NCBI RefSeq assembly: GCF_964204645.1
Contig: NC_134031.1
Coordinates: 14,867,807-14,931,806 of the forward strand
Reading direction: 5' to 3'
Length of the DNA: 64,000 nucleotides
Source of the DNA: Tubulanus polymorphus
Taxonomy: Eukaryota > Animalia > Nemertea
Below the pieces are notes generated by a model. It saw only the letters and a program-made list of their open reading frames with translations. It ran no database searches and had not been told where the DNA came from. This document shows, one piece after another, positions 19,873 through 30,968 of the stretch. Every line of letters begins with the position of its first letter. Positions within the stretch are counted from its first letter, which is position 1. Position numbers and translations under genes: made by a program.

Positions 19873-21636
19873 GTAAGCTTCAAAAACGCCCTGATACCTC
19901 AATGGGGACAAATCTGAATAGGCCCATTTGAAAAAAAGTTGAATTTTCGATGGAGCCTCCATCGACTTAAACGTATTTCCGACTAGTAAAGCCCCAATCA
20001 GTCGCTTGCCGGTTCAGACTGATTTGAATATTATTTGAATGAACATGAATTTCCCAATAATGCACTTCGATTTAAGGAAAAAAAAAAGATAAATCCGACC
20101 GCCGAATCACACAACTACCTGTCATTCAATTTCCGATTTCAAAATTTGACCACCTGTTTCGCTTCCGGCAGTTGCGGTGGGTTTTGTAAGGGACACCAAA
20201 TCAAAAATAAAATCAAACGAAATCTACCAATCAAATAAAAAACAGGGTCAATTCCTATTTTATGACCAATCCGGAATGCGTACGATTGAGACCACCTGCA
20301 TTACTGTGTAAAATCAAAACCAAAAGTAACATAAGGGAATGATGTAAACTATTCTCGGTTTGTTGTGTAGGGTTGATTATAATTTCATTTCTAGCGATCC
20401 TTTCATTCTGGATTCCAGAACCGACATCTGTAGGGAATTTATTTCAACTCGAGCGAAACCTTTACACAATCACATTTATTCATTTATTCATTTATGTATT
20501 TACAGATGTAAAGGGTTTTTCAAACGAACCGTTCAGAATAGACGCATTTACAACTGTTTGTCAGGAGGCTGTTGTCAGATCGATAAGTTCCAGCGCAATC
20601 GCTGTCAATATTGCCGTTTCAAAAAGTGCCTTAAAATGGGAATGGTGATTGCAGGTAAAAAAAAACCTCGATTCGATTTCAAAACCAATCCCCTGTTCAG
20701 TCCCGTTCCGGTGGGTGTGACTGGTGGGTTTCTAATCCAATCAATCAATCGATCAATCGATCAATAATTCATTAATTTAATCAAAGAAACAGTTGGTAGA
20801 ATTCTCCCATTTAAAGAAAAAAATCTCGCTTCATTCGGTCAGCATAAACCGGCATTTCTGGGGCTCGATTCTACTAATATTCCGCCTCTCCGTTTCAGCG
20901 GTACGCGAGGATCGTATGCCTGGTGGACGCAACTCAGGAGCTGTTTACAACGTACAAAAGGTAAATAAACCACAATTGATAATGACGTTACGATATCCTG
21001 TATTGGACCCTTTTGACGTCATGAAGTCTATATGGGCCAGATTACGTCGTAGATTCCACCTGATGTAGGGCCAAAGTCCAGATTTACATCGTGGCGTCAC
21101 TGTACAATACAACATCCCTAAGTCTTGAGGGCTTTGAGACATCCACCGTCTCTCGATGCCTATGACTTTACGAAAATCTTAATGACGTCACCACACATTT
21201 TGCGTTTCTATTTTAGGTTAAATATCGGAAACATAAAAAGAAGATGGCGAATAAAATACCGAAAATGGAGAGATATTTGAGAGAAACAATTCCTGTCATA
21301 TCGTTAGAATCACAGGTAGTTCATAACGGTCATTCTCGTCACGTGTTCACACCGTCCCGCCACCTACATCAACATATCTACTCAGGCAATAAGGGAAACA
21401 ACGCGGTAGCGGATATTCTCAATCCCTACAACCCGGCGCCGGCTTGGGCTACTTCCGGTCAGCACCGCGCTGCAGGTGTCCGTCAATTGTCACCATCGCA
21501 ACAACAAAATCAACTCGTCAATTACTGTTTCAGTCCGCGGCCGACTTTTCGGGCGCCCTCTTCTGGTCAATATCAGTACGAATCGATCGGACGCTGTGGA
21601 ATACAGGAAGAACCAATGGACTTACACGTCTATTAG
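18968..21636 (+). CDS. Hr4: HR4/GCNF (NR6A)-type nuclear receptor, DNA-binding domain only (no ligand-binding domain seen), 4 coding exons, 511 aa
   Basis: Exons 18968-19872, 20506-20654, 20899-20960, 21217-21636. C4 zinc fingers [35 protein letters not shown]...[14 protein letters not shown] and C-terminal extension [29 protein letters not shown] are characteristic of NR6A/HR4. An in-frame TAA lies upstream of the ATG, and an acceptor at about 18938 implies a non-coding 5' exon. Confidence 0.88.
20506..20654 (+). CDS. Hr4: HR4-like exon 2 (end of P-box, second zinc finger)
   Basis: tttacag acceptor, G|gtaaaa donor. Confidence 0.95.
20899..20960 (+). CDS. Hr4: HR4-like exon 3 ([21 protein letters not shown])
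   Basis: tttcag acceptor, AAG|gtaaat donor. Confidence 0.95.
21217..21636 (+). CDS. Hr4: HR4-like terminal exon (VKYRKHKK...[10 protein letters not shown])
   Basis: ttttag acceptor; frame is open to TAG at 21634-21636. Confidence 0.82.
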   Translation, partial: VKYRKHKKKMANKIPKMERYLRETIPVISLESQVVHNGHSRHVFTPSRHLHQHIYSGNKGNNAVADILNPYNPAPAWATSGQHRAAGVRQLSPSQQQNQLVNYCFSPRPTFRAPSSGQYQYESIGRCGIQEEPMDLHVY

Positions 21637-21639
21637 TCT

Positions 21640-21752
21640 CCTGGACCCAGTTCCACAGTTGTCAATTAAGATTTGACCCCGAGTTAAAACATTGAAAATG
21701 AACTAATCTTAACTCAGAGTTAACTCTAACCCACAACTGTGGAACCGGATAC
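21640..21752. mobile_element. ~110-bp MITE (CCAGTTCCACAGTT...AACTGTGGAAC) immediately after the HR4-like stop; copy at 33105-33205
   Basis: TIRs and shared core TTAAGATTT..CTGAGTTAA.ACAT.GAAAATGAACTAAT. Confidence 0.75.
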
Positions 21753-23267
21753 AGTAAGCTGAGTGTTCTGGTCAAAAATTACTTTTTTGTTGTTTTATTG
21801 TTTTCTTTTTGTTGAAATCCTGTTATCGTCGTCATGGCGACGTATAGGTAACGGGTGGATTTGTTGTATTGTTTGAATATATTTTGATTCATGATTTTCC
21901 ACGTTGTCTATTTTCGGGGAACAAACCTGCGAAACTTGGAATAGATCTCGCCTAGTATAAAAAAATCAAGTAATGTTTCAATGGAGAAGGTGCTAAAAAG
22001 AAAGTATTTGGGGGCCCGGGGCGGTAGGCGCGGGTGGGGGCTTCGTGAGAACAATTACCTAGATCATGTAGCCGATAGGCCTCAGACGTTATTTTATGAT
22101 TCATCTTCGCAAAACGCGGTATCGAATCCCTTTGTGTCTAATCGTTGGCTCGTGACTGTTTTCTGAATTCAGTTCTTATCTCTTGAAAACCTTTGTGTCG
22201 CCAGTTAAGTGTTGACACCCGCCTGGTGTATTTTAAGAACGATGTTGTACGGTGTTCATTAGTAAATGGCGCAGAATTCATCGCTAATATTCAAAAATGA
22301 ATGTATACCGGCTGTACACTTTATATGATTTAAACTTGATCTTTGTTTATGATTAGTCTGTGTACAAAAAGTGTCGTACTTTATCAAGAACAAAGGGATT
22401 TACGAAAGTGATATTGAATCGAGGGAGTGATCTGAGAGATTGGCAGCAATGGGGAGTGGAGAGGGGGGAGCGTGCGACTAGTTAACTAGTGAAAATCGAT
22501 ATGCAGACTGAAAGTCTTCGGAAAATTATTTTTTTGGTTATTTCCGTTAAAATCATAGTTTTGGCCGATGTTTGACTGAACAGCCAAAGTCAGAGAAAGT
22601 CATCTCAGTTTAAACAGCGCATAGTAAGAGTTACTGCTGCTCATCACGTGTGCCTAATGTATCGCTAATCACGTTCCCTGTACACGTGCAGTCAGTAATA
22701 TATACATTTATACAGATGATATTATATAAATACATCGTTAACCGGATGTCATGCGTGTCTTTTTCTTTACGTCCGGACTAACACGGCTCTTAGAAATCCT
22801 TTTGATTACTAGTGACTCGGGAGTCACGTGACAGGATTTTGTTTTGTTATTGCGCGAGTTGATTATAGTGTCTCGATTGGACTCTAGAGGGAGCGCACGC
22901 GCGCACATGACTGTCACGTTGTCTGTCGTGTGTGTCGATTGATCACGTTTTTCTTACACACGCCGTCGACAATCAAATTCGTTCAAACGCGTGACAACTT
23001 TTGATTATATCGATGACCAGGGAGCGACCTTTAACTAACTCGATCCCGGTCAATACAACTTCCGACCGTACATGTAATTCCAAATACATAATTAACAGTG
23101 ATGACTAGTGAAAACCTTTGCGAGTCGCGTCTTCTTTTAAAGATATATGATTAAAGTCTTCTTTAAGGAGACGAAAATTTGACGTTACATCATTTCGGTT
23201 TTTAACTGGTCGATTCTTCCACCTGGCAGTGAGACTGGACAGTGAACTAGGGGTTTACGGGGTATGG

Positions 23268-23410
23268 GGATTAGGGCTTGAGGGTTAGGGGGTTAAGGGT
23301 TAGGGGTTTAGGATGTATGAGGTTAGTATGTTAAAGGTTTAGGGGATTAGGGCTTGAGGGTTAGGAGGTTAGGGGGTTAAGAGGTAGGGGGTTGGGGTTA
23401 GAGGGGGTCG
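23268..23410 (+). repeat. Degenerate telomere-like (TTAGGG)-rich tract
   Basis: Several TTAGGG/TTAGG variants. Confidence 0.6.
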
Positions 23411-24659
23411 GTGGCATCCCAACGACCTTGATATATATTTTACAGTATTTCCTTGAAAATGTTGAATGTGCTGACATGATGATGGCATGTTTCGAGCCCA
23501 CTCACACACACACTCGCGGGACCAGCTTTTTTAACTATGTGGTTTATTTCATTCACAATTTTGAATGTAGATCCATGAACGCGTGTATGGTTGGTTTTAA
23601 GCCAATATAAATTGTTCAAAACAGTGTATTGTGATACCTGCTCCTGTGAAACCAGTTTCACATTTAAACGTATTTAACTGTGTTTTTCATTCATTCCTAA
23701 TTTATGTTAAGTAGATATTAGCAATTCTTCTAAAACTGTGAACCCTGCTGATCGACATCCGAGGCCCGTTGCTCAAAATTTGCTTAGATTTTTAGATGGA
23801 TCTAATTGCACGCCAATGATTTGAGATTTCATTCAGTTAACTCATTTCAAAATTAGCGGATTTTAACTCAAAGTTACTCAAAAGTTAGTTTGAGTTAATC
23901 AGTGGATAAATGCCATAGTAACGATTTTACCGACGATTGAATTTACATCGTCAAGGCCCGTACCGAGCTTTTTTGAGGGACAGTACTATTTCAACAAAAA
24001 GAGCACTTTTTACCATAACTTGGGGCATTTTTCTATTGAAAAAGGGCAGATCTTAAATATGAAGGGCCCCGGGTACCTGAAAAAATCACTGTGAATGGAA
24101 ACTTTTCATCTTCCAAAAAGAATACATGAAACTTGTACAAAATTTCGAAAAAATCTTGACCGAAATTTTCTCTTACACTGACCTCTTGAAGGGCACTTTG
24201 AATATTTTATGGGGTAGTGCTACGCCCGAATCCCCGACCCTCGGTACAGGTCTGGGTAACATTGGTGCTGTCCACCAGTTAACTCTGGTCGACCTGGTTC
24301 CACTTACTCATTGAAAGTGAATTCTATATTTCGATTCGCCAGTTAACTCTAAATAAACTATCTTTAGCCATTTTTGAGCAATTGACCCGTGGTGATTATT
24401 TTAGATAATCTTATGTAATATAAATGAGAGAACGTACAAATGATATAAAAACTGTGATCCAAATGATAATGTGCTCTGTTAGTAGGATGTTGAGTATCTC
24501 TGTTGTTAACGTTTGTTATCAAAAAACTTAATTGTTGTTTTTGTTGTATGGGCATTTTATTGAAAAACATGATAAATAAAATAATTGCCTTATTTGTATT
24601 GAATTTGCGTGTTATTGTTTGTTCGTTTCACCCCACCAACATCAGCAGAGGCTGAGTCC

Positions 24660-24856
24660 GGTTGTCGATGGTTGCCCAGTTAACGATGGTTCCCAGGTTT
24701 TCGAGGATTCCCCAGTTCAGTTGTTGATGATTCCCCAGTTGCCGAGGATTACCCAGTTCAGTTGTCGATGATTCCCCAGTTGCCGAGGATTCCCCAGTTC
24801 AGTTGTCGATGGTTCCCCAGTTGTTAAGGGTTACCCAGTTGTCGAGGTTTCCCCAC
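24660..24856. repeat. Minisatellite built on TTCCCCAGTTG(T/C)CGA(G/T)GAT
   Basis: Alternating 18- and 23-bp units. Confidence 0.8.
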
Positions 24857-25505
24857 TTTACGAGTTCTCGAGGGGATGGATCAGTTTCTCAAAGCTTGTT
24901 AACAGCGTTTGGCATTGAAGATTCCCATTAGATATTTTGTTAAGCCGTTACACCATAATTTGGCCAGTGATGATGTCTGTTTGTAGCCTACTGACCGTCT
25001 CCAGGTCCTCACATATTGTTGAATTAATTTCACACGATCGATACTAATAAAGCCTTGTTTTTGATCGCTAAGGAAATGATGCTTTGTTTCTCATTTCTGC
25101 TTCGATTAGAACTTGACCCGGCCAGCCGCCTATCTACCATGTATACATTACTTTTTGAAAAATCATGATCAAGCTAACACACAGACCGGCAGCTATAGAA
25201 ATGAACTGGTTACAAGTCTCATTGCATTCTACAAAACGACGCGGCCGATTTGGAGAAACAAGGTATCATTTTAGCCTAAGAGTAAATCATTTTTTAGAGT
25301 AAATCATTATCTGCACTCCATAAATACGTTAGAAACTATTAAATCAGATTCATACTTTCTTGGATACCAGTTAGTGAAGGCAAAAATAGCTAAACATTTT
25401 CATTGACTAGTCAGTGAAAATCCCGCCACACCGTTTTGTAGCATCAATTCATCGAGCCACACACGCTCATCTCAACGACTGGCGCGCACATTTTTAGGAC
25501 TCATC

Positions 25506-25580
25506 GTCGGTCCCGATGGCCTCGAATGGTTGAAAGTGTTTAACTTGCCAGGTTGCTGGTTCGAGTCCCGTGTATCCGAC
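25506..25580 (+). pseudogene. tRNA-derived sequence (SINE head or tRNA pseudogene)
   Basis: Box A-like TGGCCTCGAATGG, box B GGTTCGAGTCC, GTCGG/CCGAC terminal pairing; no well-formed anticodon arm. Confidence 0.55.
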
Positions 25581-26411
25581 AACTCAATCATTACCTAGTT
25601 CATTTTCACCTAGATCGATCTTTTAGGATTCATATATGGCGCAATTAATATTCTACATTCGAAGATTCTATTACAATTGAATCTCGAAATCCGGTATCGA
25701 TGATGTCCTTATGCGCGCTTGCGACACCTGGTGGATTTTCGCTTGCTTCAATCGTTACAGTACAATACAATACAATTAACTATATTTGAAAAGAAAATGT
25801 TATGTACCGTACATACAATATACACACATTACATGATATGCCATCCTCGCTTGCCGAAGGTCCGGTATCGCTTCCCGAACTCGCTTCCACCAGCCCCCTG
25901 GCCTGGCCTCACGACGCGTGGTTTCATTACTGGCGCTTATGCGTGTGACGTCATGATCAACTTGCGAAATACTTCCTAGAGCTCGCTAAAACGTCTGCTG
26001 ATTGGTCAATCTAACGGGAAATCCAACAGATGCCTGCCGTTTGTTACAAGCGCTGTGATTGGTGCGACAGGATTCTGTCGGCTAGTAACCACCCCAACGA
26101 GCCGCGAGGTCAAGGGGTTCGGATCGCGGGAAAAGGCATTAGCTTAGTGAGTTCGAATCCCTTGACGGTTGAAGACGACGCTATTACAGGCTCAGCAAAA
26201 CCTTAAAGGCTGCACAACATTAGCACCTTATACACGGGGAAAATACTCACACAAAAACCGAAAACAAATTGAACAGACTAGAAAGCACTTGGAAATTAGT
26301 GATTGGTATGAATCAAAGTCATTGTGAATTCTGGAGTCCCCTCATTTTCGGAACACATCTAGAATGTCGTTCAATCAGCAGATGGCGCGTTCCGCCACGT
26401 GGTATGTGTTT

Positions 26412-27044
26412 CTAATATTGCGAAATTGCCCACATTTCCAAAATATCGTTCAGATCCGGTGACCCGTAGTCAGGATAGAATCCCCCGACACCGGCACTGC
26501 CACCGATAGTGCGCGCGCATCTCGTAACGGCCGTCGTCGTCTGCCTGTTCGGTTCCTGCCAGAAAGACGACGGAAATCTCCGTTCGTTCATTGGTCGATA
26601 TGTGAATCGTTTGGCCGTTTGGAAATCGAATAATTCCCCGAGTGGTCCGAGGCCTTTCTCCGAGTCGACCTGACCCGTGTACGCTAATTCCCTTTTAACC
26701 TCGCTTGCCGCAGCTATATCGTTATCGTCCGTTTTACCGTTGGCTATTTTTAGAATTTCGGCGAAATAAACCTCTCGTCCGGATCTGGCCGGTTGCCAGG
26801 TATCTTCGTATATATCGCACGTGGCCACGCCGGGGTTCGAACCCAACCCGTTATTTCCACCACCGCTGAATATATGGCGTATATTGCGAGTCACGTGATC
26901 GGCGAAATCCAGTAAATCGTGCGCGGCCTCGTTCTCGACGCTTTCGTCGTCGGAAAAAAATTCATTATTTTCAGATCCGAAATCGTCTTCAAAATCGTCA
27001 ACTACAATATCGTGTTCCCCGGGAACTCCGACAAATCGCTCCAT
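26412..27044 (-). CDS. PERCC1: PERCC1 (FAM181-related, TEAD-binding motif protein), single coding exon, 210 aa
   Basis: First ATG at 27044. Motifs occur in the order I recall for vertebrate PERCC1: acidic N-terminus, LLDFADHVTRNIRHIF, CDIYED, SGREVYFAEILKIANG, LGPLGELFDF, PMNERRFPSSFWQEP, SPDLNDILEMW. Confidence 0.9.
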   Translation of the reverse strand: MERFVGVPGEHDIVVDDFEDDFGSENNEFFSDDESVENEAAHDLLDFADHVTRNIRHIFSGGGNNGLGSNPGVATCDIYEDTWQPARSGREVYFAEILKIANGKTDDNDIAAASEVKRELAYTGQVDSEKGLGPLGELFDFQTAKRFTYRPMNERRFPSSFWQEPNRQTTTAVTRCARTIGGSAGVGGFYPDYGSPDLNDILEMWAISQY

Positions 27045-27390
27045 TTCGCCTTTGATCGCATGAGAAAGAAACTTCACCGAATAAGTACCAAAAGGGTTGA
27101 TCGTGTCAGTTACTGCTGCTTTTAGACTGAGATATTGTCTCCACAAATTCCGTGCAAAATTTCCAACAAATTATGCTCGACAATTATAATAGATCTATGG
27201 GAGGTAACCTTTAATGTCCGCCAGGCGACAACATCAACTTCGAAAAGGATTTAAAAAAAACAGAGTTCGTTAAAAGATATGCTGTAAATTAGATACTTTT
27301 CCCCTCGGTGAGAATTGTATCTTTTTAGAAACAACAATCATTGGAGAAGACCCGGCCAGAAGTGTGGCTGTTTTGCCGGAAGTTTGTCTG

Positions 27391-27397
27391 TTTTATA
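27391..27397 (-). promoter_or_regulatory. Candidate TATA box (TATAAAA) upstream of PERCC1
   Basis: Minus-strand TATAAAA about 350 bp upstream of the ATG; motif match only. Confidence 0.35.
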
Positions 27398-28277
27398 TCT
27401 GAAGATTGAGAGCACTGAGAAAAACTAACCTTCAAATAATTTTAATAATCAGATCCGATTTTCAGATGCAGAGAATCATCTCGAACCAGGAACCTGATGT
27501 GTTACCGCCGCCAGTGTATAACGGCGATTCAAATCGCACTAAGTTTATTGCGAGGAGGAGAGATAACTGAGTTGTTAAGCGGTGCTGTTTGTGGTCGGTC
27601 GTGGTGGATTTTAGCTAATATTTGCCTGGCTCTTAGAATCTGAAGTATTTCGGTAATAATCAGCGGGAGACCGCATGTATTTGTTCACACACGCGCGAGA
27701 GAGAGAGCTAACAGCCGCAGCGACTGCGTCACCGTAAAATCCCCCTGCACACTAGCAATAACAAGAAAACTAACTTGAAGGTTTGGTGGCGCCTTGAAAA
27801 ATATCATTCATTGTTGTCGACAATTCAAGAATAATAATTACAATGTCTCAAAATGTATCAGAAATAAAATAAGAGTTATGAAATATATTTGATTACAAAA
27901 TAAACGCCGAAATTCACAATATTGTAATTGTAACTTTGAACGGTGTACGCGTGACCAGCTCGAACTAATGATTGCGATAATGTTCTCGATTTCTATCAGA
28001 TGTATCTGCAACCTTGAAACCGTCTCTTCTAACTGGCTGCTTCGGTGAGAGATAGGAAAGCCAGGTCGTGGCATCTTTGTTTTTTATGGTTCTTCCAGTT
28101 CAACTGAAATATCCGGCCCGCGAATTTCAATCGTAATTTCATCTTCTTGGCATATGCAAAATTGAGCATGCAACAGACGCTCCATGTCAAACGCAGTGAA
28201 CAGAACAGTTTTCATAAGCTGACTTAGTTTTAAACACAAATCTGCTGAGGACTACACGCCAATATCGATGACGTAGT

Positions 28278-28739
28278 CAGGCGCGGATCCAGACTATCGC
28301 ACATACATCACGTGCGGTAGTCGCAGTTTTCAAATGCCCCTAGAAAATTTTTGTTTCGGGATAAAAGTGAATAAAAGGGCACACAATTTGTGCGCCATAG
28401 AAAATAACTGCCTTTCTTTACCTGGCCTAAAGCAAAATGTGAATGAAAACAAATTGGCCAAAATAAAAAAAGGCAATCTAAGGCATTTTTCTTTACTCAA
28501 AAGGGCACTATTCTAAAAGAGACATTATTGTTGCTCAAGTATAAATCTAATCGAAAAGGGGCATATTTCGCAAAAATCTAAAAAAAGGCACAAGCAAATT
28601 GAATGTGAAGGCAAATTAAGTGGCGTGATACCAATAAATGGCACTCAAACTCACTCGCTGGGTATTACTGGTCCTTTTCAAAGTTGGTGCCCTTTTTCCA
28701 CTGTGCTGTAGTCACTGAATGGACCTGGATCCGCGCCTG
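28278..28739. mobile_element. MITE with CAGGCGCGGATCCAG / CTGGATCCGCGCCTG TIRs
   Basis: 15-bp perfect TIR; internal AAGGGCA subrepeats. Confidence 0.8.
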
Positions 28740-30968
28740 GAGAGGAACTGGCAGGATAGAATCAGTTGTTTGAATGCGTCGATGCACGCTAGTATGACTG
28801 GTAAGCGACGATCTATCTCCAGTTGCAGCCAGTTGCTCATGTTCTACTTTTGAGCAACTGGTTATACTCAGTCACGATCATATATATCCGTCGATGTAAG
28901 CGCTCCATAATCAACCATACATGGTTGCAACTGACAAAAACAAAGCGATATGACAAGTGGGATGCCCTCGAGAATATTTGCTAGATAACACATCTCAGTT
29001 GCCGTCGATGTTGGATCTAGAGACTGGCATAAGCCATGCAGTTGCTTGTTCATACAAGATTTTCGATGCGAGCGGGGTGCTTGTTAACTAGCGACCCGAT
29101 ATGATCAGTCGCTAGTTCGATGAACGCTATAGGCTCTACCTAGATTAGTTCCAGGGAATCTTCTAATACTGCAGAATCAATTTGTATCTCGGGACCCACG
29201 GAGTTCATATATATAACAGTTTTAATTTCTCCAGAAGTATGGCAACTTCAGTCGGAGTCCACTTGTACAATTCGACGTAGTCGAGGCCAACTAACTAAAT
29301 ATTTTGGCCTCAGGGCTTAATGTTGAACGTGTGTGGAACATATATGATATTCAATTTTAAAGAATCGTACAAATATAAAATACTCGATTTTCAGAAACAG
29401 CTGAAAATGTAAATACGCGAAAAATAATGATAATTTGAATCGACTTTACACTCGAAAATAGGGATCTGTTTTACAAATAACTAACTCTGAAATCGATTCA
29501 ATTTTGCGAACTCTGAAATCGATTAAATCGGATTCTACTGTCAGATATAATATCGCATTACATTAGAATTAGGCATCTACTGTGAAAAGTATTACCGATT
29601 TTTCTCCCTTTTTTTCTGAGCTGGAAATACAAAAGTTCTGACAAAGTCTTTATTCATCCTTTCATAAAGTGAAACAGTGCTCGAATCGTTGAAGTCATCG
29701 AGAATGAGAAGGTCGTCATTGGTAAGTAATCATAATTTTACTGAATTCTAAGAGTCACCGAGAATGAAAAAGTCATCGTTAGCGATTTATCATAATTCAT
29801 CTGAGCCCTAATCAAAATTTTACTGAATCGTTGTCAGTTGCCATCAACGGGTTACTTTTTATCACTTCAGTGGGGCTGGTTTAGTCTCAAACTTTCTCCA
29901 AAAAGCCTCGGATATTAAGATTTAATTGGTTGTAGTTGAATCAATACTGGACTAGAGTCTTGTTCTAACTGTCTAAAATAAAGTAATATCTCCCATTGTG
30001 ACTTCTAGCCAGCATACCGTGTTATTTCTGCTTCTTGTGTATTCGACAGTCCCTAGCTGTCTGTCTTTCTGGCTGCATTGCTGTCAGCATGTCAATACAA
30101 CTATCTGTCTGTCTATTTGTGGTAGCAGTCTGTTTTTCTGCCCGATGAATCATCTGAACAGTTTTTACAGTGTTTCATCTCTCAGACCTACTGCTTGTCT
30201 CTCCACCCAACCTCCTGACCAATGGATGTTCAGCTGATCAGTCTAAAGTTCTTGCATTTTCAGAACCCGAATTTAAACGGCTGAGTTCTCACAGGGTCTA
30301 CTGGTTCAATTCGACAAATGTTGGGATGACGTAAAAGGTTTTGATTGCATAAGGATCCGTTTCAATTCATAATCGTTTTACGGAATCGATTTAAAAGTCG
30401 ACTCTATTGTAAAACCGATGTCTGGTCTCAGGTGTCAGTGTTGGGGTAAAGATGAAATGTAAAGTACACTAGAATAAAATCGAATAATGAATTGCTGCAC
30501 TATCATTTCCAGATATTTTTGAAACTTATCAACAAATATCATATGACATATGAATTGGTCATTGATCAGACGAATATTGAATATATATAATGTTTATATA
30601 TGTTTGTCAGCGCTATTCATACTCCGCAATTCTTGACGTTTTGTGTGAGTACATTTAATGAGATTTTATTTGGTGGACACACTCGACTTTGACGACGACG
30701 ACGCAAATATTCTGGAAAAATCTTGCAGCGTTCAAAGGAAAAGGTAATAAGTTAATGATTAAGGGTTTTCATCCGTTAGGCAGAATTGAAGTTAGAAGGA
30801 CACGCCCCAGAAATCCCACAACATGGCATCCACGCGGGCATGGGAGATACTTTCCAACGTAAATACCGTCAATCTCTTCGAAGATTTTGTACTCCTAGGC
30901 AAAAAACTAGTCCTTTTCAAACTAGTTGTTTCACCATTGTGTCATTACGCGTGGGTCTATCGTTACAG

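Noticed and set aside
18968-21636. Assignment to knirps/NR0A or FTZ-F1 (NR5A)
   Set aside because: DBD residues ([23 protein letters not shown]) and the [16 protein letters not shown] extension are NR6A/HR4-type
23268-23410. True telomere or chromosome fusion site
   Set aside because: Short, heavily degenerate and in one orientation only
27045-27146. N-terminal extension of PERCC1 in the ORF track
   Set aside because: It begins at a non-ATG codon; the first ATG is at 27044
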